Source: Macrostomum lignano (taxonomy: Eukaryota). From it: 64,000 nucleotides of DNA. The stretch is taken from contig NIVC01000100.1 of assembly GCA_002269645.1 (NCBI GenBank), forward strand, positions 682,001 to 746,000, written 5' to 3'. The position numbers and the translations under genes are program-made. The notes beneath the pieces are model-generated. The model searched no databases, was not told the origin of the DNA, and saw only the letters and a list, made by a program, of their open reading frames with translations. Positions 47,060 to 58,978 of the stretch are shown one piece after another; within the stretch, counting starts at the first letter, position 1, and the number at the start of each line of letters is the position of its first letter.

Positions 47060-48580
47060 ATGGCTTCTAACCGAAGTAACAAACCGGCTGTGGATGACAC
47101 AGTGCCTCCGGCCTCGGCTGGGGCCGTGGACTCCTCGGCCATACCACCTGCTACCATCGGGGACGCCTCGGCGAGACCCGTGGAGCCAACTCTGAGCGGT
47201 GCCTCCGAGAAGACACCTGCTACTCCAGCTGCTAAGAAACGCAGCACCACCTCTGGAGCTGCCCGCCGTCGACTTAACAAGGCGAGGCGGGCCAAGGAGG
47301 GCGGAAGCCAAACCGGTGCCAGGGGCCAACGGCCCGCGGCAGCGGAAGCTTCCCAGTCTAGGGCGGTGGCGGAAGAGGGCCTCGAGCCCACGGAAGCCCC
47401 TGCCCAGGATAGGGAGGCCGATGCAGCCGGGAGGGTGGACAGCCCACCTGAAGAAAGCTCCACTGACCCCCGGGCCTCCTACGCTGATGCGGCAAAGAGG
47501 CAACCGGCGGTTGTCATCCTGGGAAAGGACGCGCGCCTGTCTCCCGATCAGCTGAAGCAGGTGAGAAGTGCCGTTGATGGCCTCCTGTGGAAGCAAACTC
47601 TGAAGGGCACGCCTCTGAACATTCATTCGAATGCGACGAGGGACTCGTGCCTTCTCATTTGGCCCAGTGATGCTGACTCGGGTCGGCGGCTCCTTGAGCT
47701 GCTGCCCGAGCAGAGCTGGGACCTCAACCTAGCCTTCTGCAGAGAGGACGAGCGCCCCCGGACCAAGAGGCATCGAATCTGGGTCCCGGCCAGGAGCGTT
47801 GTTACCTCTGCTGACGAGCTCCGGAAAGGACTGCTAGCAGTCAACCGGGAGCTTCCCGCCGCGGGCCTAGTGGTGCATGACACCCTTAAGCGCACCGACG
47901 GCACTGGCTTCACAGCCATCCTGGGGCTGTCGGACGCCTGGATGAGGCGTTATCCACACGGCAGCTTCATCAACGTCGGCCTTTGAAAGCTGCGCATCCG
48001 CTCCTACGAGGCCGACCCTCCCCGTGGCAGTGAGCAGGGCGGGCGGGATGCGGAGGCGGCCGGGGCCGAGGCGCAAGCCTCTGCTCAGACTGCCAAAGCA
48101 AACCGCCCTGCCCGGCAGCACGGCCGCGCGGGCAAAGCTGAGCGCGCTGCTGAGGGCGGAGGCGACCGACGCCCGGCGCGCAGCACCAAGCGGCGCGGCC
48201 TGTACCAGCGTGCAGCTGAGGCAGTCCGTACCGCCAAAATCTCCCAGCTGAGGCGAGAGGTCGCCGGGACGCCTAGGCGCACCAGTTCGTCCAGGGAGGG
48301 TGGGGACGTCCCAGCTGGGCCCAACCCCTCGGGGCAGGGCCGACTGGAGACGGACCCGCCTGCCCAGGCGGCTGGCTGCTCCAGGGCATTGGGCCAATCT
48401 GAGGCGGAGGACCCCATGGATGGTGGGCAAAGGGCGGCGAACGCTGCCTACTGCCTTCCGGCCAATCGGGGGCCTTTTGCTGAAGAAGAGCCCATGGACA
48501 CCGGCGACCCCGACCCGAAGCCGGTGAGCGCCGAGGAGGAGGAGGAACTCCTGGCGGCTGCAACATCCGATCTGCAATGA
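47060..48580 (+). pseudogene. LINE ORF1 (DUF4780-like), with one in-frame TGA at 47984
   Basis: SYADAAK, LLIWPSD, HRIWVP...ELRKGLLAVNREL pattern; the frame stays open after the stop up to 48580, overlapping the ORF2 ATG. Confidence 0.7.
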
Positions 48581-51500
48581 TGCCAGCGACTACCTGGTGT
48601 CTGCAGATCAACACCCAGCACTGCGTGGCGGCGTCGGTCAACCTGATGCGCACGGCAGAGCAACAGCTCCCGGGCCTGGTCTTCGTACAGGAGCCCTGGA
48701 TGACTAAAGGTAAGCCAAATAATGTGCCATCTGGCTACCACTGTTTTTGCATGGTGGGCTCTCAGCCTCGCCCAAGATCTCTGGTCTTTGCTGCAAAAGC
48801 TTTTGAGGCATGGATGAGACCTGATCTCTCGACTGGGGACATCTGTGTTGTTCAAATCAATAACCTCATTCCCAATAAACCTGTGCTGGTAGCTTCTGCC
48901 TATTTCCCGGGCGATGCCCCAGTTGTCTGCGACGCGTTAGTCAACCTTACTGACTATGCTGCGTCCCATCGGTTCGAGCTGCTCATTGCAGGGGATGTGA
49001 ACGCACACCACCTGCATTGGGGCAGCAAGAACATCAATAGCAGAGGCGAGGAGCTGCTGGCCTATGTCAGCAGCACTAACCTCAACTTCTGTAACGTGGG
49101 CAATGCACCAACGTTCAATAATGGGCGGTGGGCCGAAGTCATCGACACCACCATCGCCTCACCCGGACTGCTTTCCGCAGTTACGGGCTGGCGAGTGTGG
49201 GACGAGGACTCGCTCTCGGACCACCGCTTTATCCGCTTTTGCATTGGGCCGACCAAGCAAAAGCCTAAGGTCACTTGGAGTCGGAACGTCAGGAACACCG
49301 ATTGGGCCGCCTTTGGCTCGAAGCTGAGCCGCGGCCTTCGGGATCTTGACCCCCCAGTGACCTCTCTGACTGCCAGGTGGTGGACGATCTCGCCTCCTCC
49401 CTGGGCGGGGCGATCACCACTGCCTTTGAAGCAGCCTGCCCCCTAAAGGCCTATAAAGGCAAGAAATCTGCTCCCTGGTGGAACCCAGAGCTCGGGGCCC
49501 TTCGACGCCGAGCCAGGACCCTCCAAAGGCGAGCGCTCAAAACCAAAGACCCATCTGACAGAGAGGCCTATACCCGTGCGATCCACGAGTTTAAGGGCCA
49601 AGTCAGAAGGGCCAAGACGGCCAAGTGGCGCCAATATTGCGAAGGGCTTGAGGGCTCTCGCCCCGTAGCCCGCGTGGTTAAGGCACTCACTAATGACCGT
49701 TTTTCTAAACTCTCTGTTGTGAAGAGACCTGACGGCTCGGTCACAGAGAGTTCGGAAGAGACTCTAGAGCTCATGCTCAGCAGTTTTTTCCCTAAATCTC
49801 CGACTCAGCAGGGCCCGCCCGACCACACAGTGGGAGGGCAAGGCCTAGCAAAGTCTATGATCACCAAAGACCGCATTATTAGAGCGGCAAGGTCCTTTAA
49901 CCCGTTCAAGGCGCCTGGGCCCGACGGCATCTACCCAGCGTTCTTGCACGAGGCGGTGAAAAACCACCGCTTCCTGGACCTGCTCTGTCGTCTCCTTCGA
50001 GCTTGTGTGGAGCTGGGCTATGTACCAGTTGCATGGAGAGAGGCCCGGGTGGTCTTTATCCCCAAGCCTGGAAAGAGCGACTACCAATCGGTGAAGGCCT
50101 TCAGGCCTATCAGCCTCACTTCTTTCTGCCTCAAGCTCCTCGAGAGACTGGTGCTTTGGCGCCTACTTTCGGTCGAGCTGAAGCGCTTCCCACTCTCGCA
50201 GAACCAGCACGCCTTCCGCGCGGGCAGGTCAACCGAGAGTGCTCTCCATGTCATTGTTGACTTCCTGGAGAGGGCCGTTCTTGGCAGCGGCTTTGCCCTC
50301 TCGCTTTTCCTGGACATTGAGGGGGCCTTCGACAACGTCATCTTCGAGGCCTTTTGGAGAGCCCTGGAATCCAGGGCCACGCACCCTCACCTTGTCCGGT
50401 GGATCATGTTCATGATCCGAAACCGCACTGTTGTGGCCCATCTGAGCGGCAGCTCTCTTTCGGTGCCTGTCCTGAAAGGGGGCCCCCAGGGCGGCGTTCT
50501 CACCCCCGTTCTCTGGAACATGGTCATGGATGAGTTGCTTTGCAGTGATCTCCACGACCCCATTCTCAAGGTGGGCTATGCCGATGATGTGACCGCGATA
50601 TGCGCGGGCCCCTCGGTTGATACCATCAGAGACCTTCTGCAGGGCTTTCTGGGACGAGCGGAGCGTTGGGCAGACCAATGTGGCCTTAGACTCTCAGAGT
50701 CGAAAACCACAGCAGTCATGTTTACCAACAAACTGCTCTGGACCATTAAGCCCCTCACCCTCTATGGAAAGAATATTTCCATGGAGAAGCAGGTCCGCTG
50801 CCTGGGCCTCACTCTGGACCACAGGCTTAACTGGACTCCGCACATTCAAACTAAAGCCAAAAAAGCCCTGGCTGTACTGGCTCAGATCAGGCGCGCCGTG
50901 GGCACCACCTGGGGGCTCACCCCCAGGAAGCTGTGGTGGATTTACACTGCCATCATCCGCCCCTCGATCAGTTACGCCAGCCTCGTGTGGGCTAGCGGCC
51001 TGAGCGTCAAGAGCAACCTCGACGCTCTCTACAAAATCCAGGGCAGAGCCTGCCACATGACTATGGGCACTCCACCCTCTACTCCTTTTGAAGGCATGAA
51101 TGCCTTCCTCTGTGCCCCTCCTTTGGATATTTATATCAAAGGAGAGGCAGCGAAGAGCACCCGGCGTCTTCTGGATGCTGGGGTGGCCTTCAAGAAAGTG
51201 CGGGCCTTTAAGAAGCGGTCGCTTATCCCGCACTCTGACCTCTGCCTCAAGGCTCTCGAGGAGTGTGGCGGGCTCAACATCCTCACGGACTCGATCCCAG
51301 CCACCCTTCTCCTGAGCCAAAGGTATAAGGTCACCATTCAGCCTCGACACGAGGCGAGTGACAGCTGGAGCGACTCTGAAGTCCACTGTTACACTGACGG
51401 CTCTATGAGGCATGGTCTTTCAGGCTTCGGAGCTTGCGTCTTCTTCAAGGGAGAAGTGGTGTGGAGCTACTCCCAGCACACTGGGCTCAACTCCAGTGTT

Positions 51501-52280
51501 TTTCAGAGCGAGGTGCTTGCCATCAGCTCCTGCGCGGCAGAGCTGCGCCGAAGGCAGCTTAGCGGCCGGAAATTTATTTTTCACTCTGACAGCCAAGCAG
51601 CCCTTCGGGCCCTCTGCCGCAGCACCGCCAGCTCCAGGTCCGTCCTGGACTGCAACACCCAGCTCAACGGGCTTGCGCTAGGCAACCAGGTGGAGCTCAG
51701 ATGGATCCCGGGCCACGCCGGCTTCCCTGGCAACGAGCGCGCTGACCTGCTGGCCAAGGCTGGCTCCGCCGGCGCGCTATTGGGGCCGGGCCCGGGTGCC
51801 CCCATCCCCGCCTCGGTGATCAATTCCCGCGTTAAGCGCTGGGCTGACTCCGAGCATCTCCGCAGGTGGCACGACACCCGGAATTGTAGGCAATCCCGTG
51901 CTGCCGTCCCCTGCCCCTCTCCTCTCCTGCGTAGAGCCCTCCTCAGGCTCAACCGCAGAGACCTCAGAGCAGTTAGCATGGCCCTCTCCGGGCATGGCTG
52001 CTTCTCTCGCCACCGCTTCCTTCAGGGCCAAGTACCCGAGGAGCGGTGCCCCTTCTGCCGCTCAGGCAGTGAAAACGCCGAGCATTTTATCTGCCACTGC
52101 CCGGTTTTCACCAGGGCCAGGCTTACTCACCTCGGGCCAAACCCGGTTCTCTCCGACGTTTGCAGGCCCGAGAGCATCCCGCTGCTCGCCCGGTACCTCA
52201 GGGACACCGGACGAGCTGATTTCTTCCCCACCATCGGTGAGGAGGACCGCGCTGCAGGCGAGACCGACGGGTCCCCCTGA
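48577..52280 (+). pseudogene. LINE ORF2: AP endonuclease, reverse transcriptase, RNase H and CCHC; one frameshift near 49370
   Basis: QEPW, GDVNAHH, SDHRFI; APGPDG, FRPISL, LDIEGAFD, PQGGVL, YADD; YTDGS, SDSQAAL, WIPGH, GNERAD; CPFC...EHFICHC. Confidence 0.93.
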
Positions 52281-54284
52281 GCGACACCACTTCAACGGAA
52301 GTCGTTGGTCGCCAGGGGCTAGCGGAATGGGCGGTCTCCTCCGCCTCCTCGCTGCATCTGCCGGACGCCCCCTGCAGCTAAGTCAGTCAGTAAGTCAGTG
52401 ATTGTGCAGTTGCAGCACACGTGCGCAATTCTAAGAAATAGCTGATAGCTTAGTTAGCGTGAGTCTATTGCTGCTTCAGGCGCATAGACCTATTCTTTGC
52501 CATCCATCTAAACAAGACATAGCTATTAGGTTAGTAGGAATTAGGGTCCTTTGAGAGCTAAAACTCAGACATGCTTAAGTGTGGACATTTGTCAGTGCTA
52601 GGACTACGCCGCTCAGGCCATTGCTACCATTGAGTCCTGTCATTTGGGCATTGAAATATCTGAGACTAGTTGTTCTAGCATTATTTATTTGCGTGGAACC
52701 TAATCAGACCCCTTCATTGCGGATCCTATGGTATCCTATAATGGTAGCACTACCCTTAATTTTAGATTTCTCCCCAGTCTCAGCCCCCATAAATATACTC
52801 AACAAGGTTGCTTCCAATGACAGCAGTCTGCCCCACCATAGAATCTAGAAAGCCAAGCATGTCACTGGTGATAGTGGTGGGATTCGAGTAAAAACACCTA
52901 GCCCAAGCAACCAGAAGCTAAGTTACTATACAATTATCATCTATTATCATTTTATATCAACTAAGCCAAGACCTTAATTCTTGCCTAATTAATAAATAGT
53001 AATAAACCAATTAAACCTTGCAAAACATACATGCGCAACCTATAAAATTTAGTTGGCCATGTGACTTTATAGTTTTAACAAAAATGTGACATAGTTTTGG
53101 ATCAAAAATGCAACTTACATGTAAAAAAAACCCTAAAGCAAACTTAACACACTTTGGGTAAATGGCAAAAGTAGCTATGACTGTCTTATTAAAGCAAAAT
53201 GCCTCATTATCTACTTAGTACTACTTTAATATTTATTCAGGTGGGCATTTTTGCAACTTACCTTGGTTGGCTACCAAATTGGTTGGCCAGATTGGCCAAC
53301 TTGGCTGACTGTTGCACATGATGTTGTAACATATTTATTCGTCAATCAAAAGTCATAGCTTATCTTACGACTTAAGTTATTTGTCTATGGGACATAAAAT
53401 AACCCATCAGTTCTCATCTCAAGAAAGCTCTAAGAATTCTATGTTTCATAATATATAAATTATAGTGGTAGTAGCCTATTTTACTAAAAGTAGGGCCTAA
53501 TCAGCAAAGCAAATTTATGTGCATTAGTTTATGGAAACAGCTCACTCCGATGATTTATCAATTGAATGAACATGCTGCTAATGACTGCTCAATTGCAACT
53601 GCAACTATCTGCCTCCTAGACTTGAGGACCTGGTAGCCAGAGTAAAACAGGGAAATTTTTGTTGCAATTTGTCTGCACAAATTTCTGGATTTGTTTGTGC
53701 GAAAACAACACTGGCAGCAATTCGAAGTTTGAAACCTCTTACTTCTTTGGTGTTATCAAGTGACCAACATCTGAAAACTTTCTCTGCCTCACTTCACAAA
53801 CCTAATACAAAAAATCAAGACAAAAAATGAAAGCTAGACATGCTTTTATTAAAACAAAGTCAATTTTAGCACTAAGGAAAGGACCAAATAATGAATAACA
53901 AACTTAAAAGGCATCTAAGAATCTTAGACTTAGTCAATGTCAATGACAATAAAAATAAAAATTGGAAAATGGCAGAGGCCAAAGAAAAATCTGGGCAATT
54001 AGCCTATGGCTATAGATGCATAGAAATTCGGGCAATTTCTAAAAAATCTGTTTTTTTGGGAAAAACCTTCTACAACTATTATTGTATTGTATAAAAATGT
54101 AAAAAAATTCTAGTGGTAATACTATAGCTTCGAAAGCTATACTTTCAGAATTAAAATTGTCAAAAAGGTAAATAAATGCCAATGGCAGGTAGTTAACCAT
54201 GCAAATGGCTGAAATTACTTACCTTCTTGCTACACAATCCAGGCCATCTGAACTCATTGAACTTAAAGTAGAGTCTAGCTATTT

Positions 54285-56975
54285 CGGGTGATGGTCATTT
54301 CGTCAACTGCCCAGTGAAAAAAAGTATATGGATTCCATGTGGATTTTTCATATGAAATCCATATGTGCATCTGTCTCCGTCCATCCATGTGGAATTGAGA
54401 TATGGATTCCACATGGAAGATCCACATGGAAGTAATTATGTATTTCACATAGAATCCACATTGTCATTGAGTAAACAGCCATTATACTGGTTGCCATAAT
54501 AAATTGTTGCATCCTAAATCTCAAAATAATATCAGATCTCAAAACTTCATATGAACCCCAGATCTCAATACCATATAAAAGAAACTGAAACACAGATAAA
54601 AACACTAGCTATAGCGAAAAAATATTTCTGCACAAAAATATATTCAAAAAGGATGTCTCAATAAGTAAGGTGTATTTATATACAGTAGTGAGTCACTGGC
54701 ACACAAAGAATAAACACACAGATATAGATATTGATATCTTTAAAGTTGCGCTGCGCATATGATATAATATATAATTTGAAATTGACATTGTCAATAGCAT
54801 TAATTAATTAACAATAATATAATGCACCAGAATTAGAACAGTCAGAAACATGCTGCTGCCAATTGCCAGAATGCTGCTTCTTCAGGTCAGGTGAGAAACC
54901 TTAGAAAAGAAAGGGGTTAAATTACAGAATTTTATAACAGATTGATGATAGATTTTGTAATAGATTTTGATAGATTTTGATCTTATAACAGATTTTGATA
55001 ACAGAAAAAAATCAGTTTATAACTAAAACTTACCATTGCTTCACAAAAGGTAGCATTCTAGATATTATATTCAAATTCCAAGTAGCTTTGCATGCTTCTT
55101 CAAAGGAAATACCAAGGTGACATCCAAGTTTGAGGATGAGCCATGTAATGTTAGGCTGAAATGAAATAGAAAAATAATTGTTGCCAATTAAGATTGATAG
55201 ATTATATTGATATAATTCATAAAACTAATTTAAGGATGAATACTTAATAAAGTTTATTTTAAAATTAACTAGGCCTAAGTTCTAGGTTTATTTTTTTAAG
55301 CGCAAAGTGTGCATATGCGCCTTAAATTTTAAAATTGCACCTTGAAAATTGAAATTAAAAAGTGGATACAGTTTAGGTACGATTTCATTACCTATTTTTC
55401 TGTTGAAGCCTTATTTGCACTGCCTTTATATAAGAAAAAAGAGAAATTGCATTCTAAGCCTTAAAATCATAAAACCCTGAAAGTGAGCATATGATATAAT
55501 TTTGCACTTTGTCTCTAGCAAAAAAGAAAACCCTACCTAAGTCAATCAATAAACCAATAAAATAATAAATACAAAAATAATTAATATTCCTATGTTTCTA
55601 TAAATTTAATTTTTTATTTTAAAATTGATTTTAAACTATAAAGTATTTAGGCAAAGCAATGCATGTTTTTTTATATTTGCTGGCCTAGTATGATTTAACA
55701 TTAGGCCTAAGCCTAAATAGCTATGCCCTATGCCTATGGCTATTAAATTCTGGACTTGGCCTAAATCAGATCAAATTTACAATAATCATTATTTATTTAT
55801 AATAGCAACCTTAGGGATCTGCTAGGCTAGCTATGCCAAAAGCAAGTTGCAAGTGTAAATGCAGAATTATTTATTATAATTAATAATACTGTTTTTAAAA
55901 ATGCAACAAGTCCAAAAGATGCTAATAGGCTTTTTTGAAGAAAATCATAAATTAATAGATTTTTAACAGATTAACTAGATTGACTAGTCACAATTCACAA
56001 AGTCAAGCTAGTCCCAACTCCCAACCTTAATTAAAATAGAAGGACCTAAATTGATAGTTATAGGCCTAGCTTAAAATAGGCCTAATAAGCATACATATAA
56101 ATAGATAGGTAGGACTAAGAGGAAATTATGAACTTCTAAAGGCCTATTTAAGTTAAAAAATGAGTAGCCAATCTATGGACATGGCCATGGGATTCCTAGA
56201 AATTGGATAGGGCCTAGGCCTAAATAAATTTATCATGGATTTTACCAAAAGTATTAGGCCTATCTATGATAAAATACTGATTTATCTAATTTCTAATCCC
56301 ATGGAGGCCATGGCCTTATACTCGTAAGTTATTGCCTATAGGCTAGGTCTACTAAAATTTTTAAGGTGCTTAAATAGCCATAAACAAGGCACTTTATCTT
56401 TCAAGGCCTTGGACCAAGACATTGACGAATATAAAATAAAATTAATTTAATTTTAAAACGTACGAAACGTTTTTTATTGTTAACTTCTATTTTGTCTATT
56501 TTAACAAACAGTGTCTTATTTTCCGATTATAATTTAGCTTTTAGATAATAATTTTTACTTAAAAGCATATAAATATAATAATTAATTTTAGTAATTTCAT
56601 AAAAACGTCTAAATAAGGTGTATCACAGTTTTTTATCGAAGTGGATTCCATGTTGAATCAATATACGCTTATTTCTCATGAATTCCTTGTAAAATCCACA
56701 TCAACATTAGGACAGTAAAAATAAAAAAATAATGCATAAAAAATACTTTGCATACCATTATGTCATCTTTAAGTCATTAATTTGCAAAAATTAAAGAAAC
56801 ATTTAAATTCCACATGGCCACGTGGAACCCACGTGGAATCCATGAATCATTTTTCACTGGGTGGCGGTTCGTCAACTCGGTTGACGAAGTGACCAAAGTG
56901 TTGGGGCGACTTTACTGGTGGTTGACGAAGTGACCAATGCCTAGGTCCTTCCCATTTGCTTGTTGACAAGGTGAC
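54285..56975. mobile_element. Short repeat-rich MITE-like remnant (TTGACGAAGTGACC motifs) split by the CACTA element
   Basis: GGTCATTTCGTCAAC on the left; TTCGTCAAC and two TTGACGAAGTGACC on the right. Confidence 0.35.
54310..56861. mobile_element. Non-autonomous CACTA/EnSpm (CMC)-type element, 2552 bp
   Basis: TIR CCCAGTGAAAAA at both ends; 2-bp TSD TG; subterminal GGATTCCA(C/T)(G/A)TGGA repeats at both ends. Confidence 0.8.
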
Positions 56976-58978
56976 TAAAATTTTCATTATATGAATGATA
57001 TACGTATGTAGCTGATACAGCTGCACGTCTTGTATAGCTTACAATTATTGTTATATTGATGACTTGTTTTATTAATTGCCTTATTTTTAAAAAACGAACA
57101 AATTTTGCAATTTTGCAATACCAGACAGCCAGACTGCATGTCCATTAGGTTAAATGTTTCGATGCAAATATTCTATGCAAATGCGTCACCCCATGCGCAC
57201 TCATACCCATATGCGTCCGGGCATTAATGAATCTTGAGTATTTGTGTTATGCGACCATACATGCGACTACATAACACGGGTATTTCTCCTATCAAAACGC
57301 GTCGAGGACTGCTATAAAGTCCCCTATATATGGAGTCGTGAAAATTAGTGGACGCACCTTCCCACCCCTCCACCCCGCTGTGCACAGTCAGCCGAAGCCC
57401 CCGCAGCGAATCTTGATATCCGGTAATGCTTTTGATCGGGGTATATAATCGGCGTCCGCTTGCATGCACTGCTGAGCGATCTACATGCACATGTATTCAG
57501 CCCTCAGTGCGAGTGCACCCGTCATTGCACCTTTCCTCACGTGCCCATTACCCCCCCCCGGCTTCCGTTTCGTCTGGTGGCCCCAATTGCTAAAGGCTAA
57601 GAAGTTTACGCGCCAGCCCTGCGACTTCCATGCAGTTCCGGCCGATCGGCGGCCGAGAAATGGCAGACGGTCCAAATCCCCAAGCTTTGTGCTGGAGGAG
57701 AGCGAGGGAGAGCGCGCCAGCTGAACTTACCTCAACAACTTAACTTACAAGGGCACACACAAAGTGTAGCACGCTCTCGGCCGCTTTGCCTCGATCGCTC
57801 CACTGAGAAGTATAACTGCGAGTCTTCCGCTTAAATTTCGTGGGAAACTGTCTTCGAGAGCTTTCAAGAATTGTGGGTTTAAGGGACGGACTGGCTCACT
57901 TTTCGACGCGATTTCACGTTCAGCTATTGCAGTCAGTTCCGTCCAGTGGGCTGAAGCGATCCCTAGCTCGTCCGCTGAGGGAATTCTGTGACACACTTGA
58001 TCAGGTCAAGTCACAACAACATCGACACATTTTACGCTAAACTAAAAGCGTGTCTGAACTAAAACATCAATTGAGCATAATTATGCTGCATTATTGCGAT
58101 TCGACTAGTTGAACTTTTTGTCGAATCATTCCTCAGAGCAAGGCCATAGCCCATACTCGTACCTTTGTAGTCTATACTCGTAAGACATATTTTTAGTGGG
58201 TGGTACCAGCACCACAAGTACCGGCACAACAGGTGCCAAATTCTGCCACTACCTCTGGTTGCTCTGCTGCTTTTTAATTTCTCTCCTCTCTCCCCTCTGT
58301 CACATCTCTCTCTACCCTCTCCCTCCCTCATCTCTCGTTGCTTTATCCTATCTCTCTGTTCTCTTATCTCATCTCTCTTCTTTACCTTTTCTTTGTAGCT
58401 TAGCAAAAGCAAAGCCCCAAAAATGTACGCTTTTCTGCACCTTGCGTTTAAATTAAATGAAATTCAGCTACCGAATTCTAAGCGCGAGACAGAGAGCAAA
58501 GGTTGCACAAACTCAAATTCTAAGCAGAAGAATGCCTGGCAGATGCTCTTCAAACAGTGTTGCATTGTGGAATAGGAAAGAAGAGTAGCTGCTTCTTCTC
58601 TGCCAGTAACCGAGGCGAAGTGAGTGAACAATAAAACGCTTCTTGGCCCTTAGACTCTCATTCGCTCAGGTAAATCAAGATAAAGAAAAGAACAGGTCTG
58701 AAAAGGAGGCCACTGGGTCCGCACGTGTCTGCATGCTTTTCATGCGCTCTGAAATGTATAGAACGATGGAACGGAGAAGGCTGGAGTTATACTGATAGTA
58801 TTCAGAGGGTTTAAATACTGCTCTAGAAACGATGCTTGGTACAGTGTCTCAAATTATCTCAGTTTCTTGCTCGCTCGCTTCACACAAAGCGCAGCACGTT
58901 TTTGCAAGTCAAGAATTGGCAGAAAAAAAGCAAATACAGCCTTGAGTCAGGCACGGAAGGAAGGCGGAGTTCAAGAAG

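Larger units (their letters stand above)
46756..52396 (+). mobile_element. Full-length non-LTR retrotransposon, LOA/R1 group with RNase H (5.6 kb)
   Basis: 11-bp TSD AGTGATTGTGC (46745-46755, 52397-52407); 3' tail of TAAGTCAG/AGTC repeats; ORF1 plus APE-RT-RNH ORF2. Confidence 0.92.
46400..52930 (+). mobile_element. Degraded LTR-like remnant F interrupted by the LINE; boundaries uncertain
   Basis: TATA-like CTATATAT near 46710; PBS-like TGGTGATAGTGGTGGGATTCGA at 52866 preceded by TCA-C; no TSD found. Confidence 0.35.

Noticed and set aside
46707-52401. Numerous overlapping and antisense ORFs within the LINE (and likewise within Gypsy B and C)
   Set aside because: Expected shadow ORFs of GC-rich coding sequence, with no recognisable motifs.
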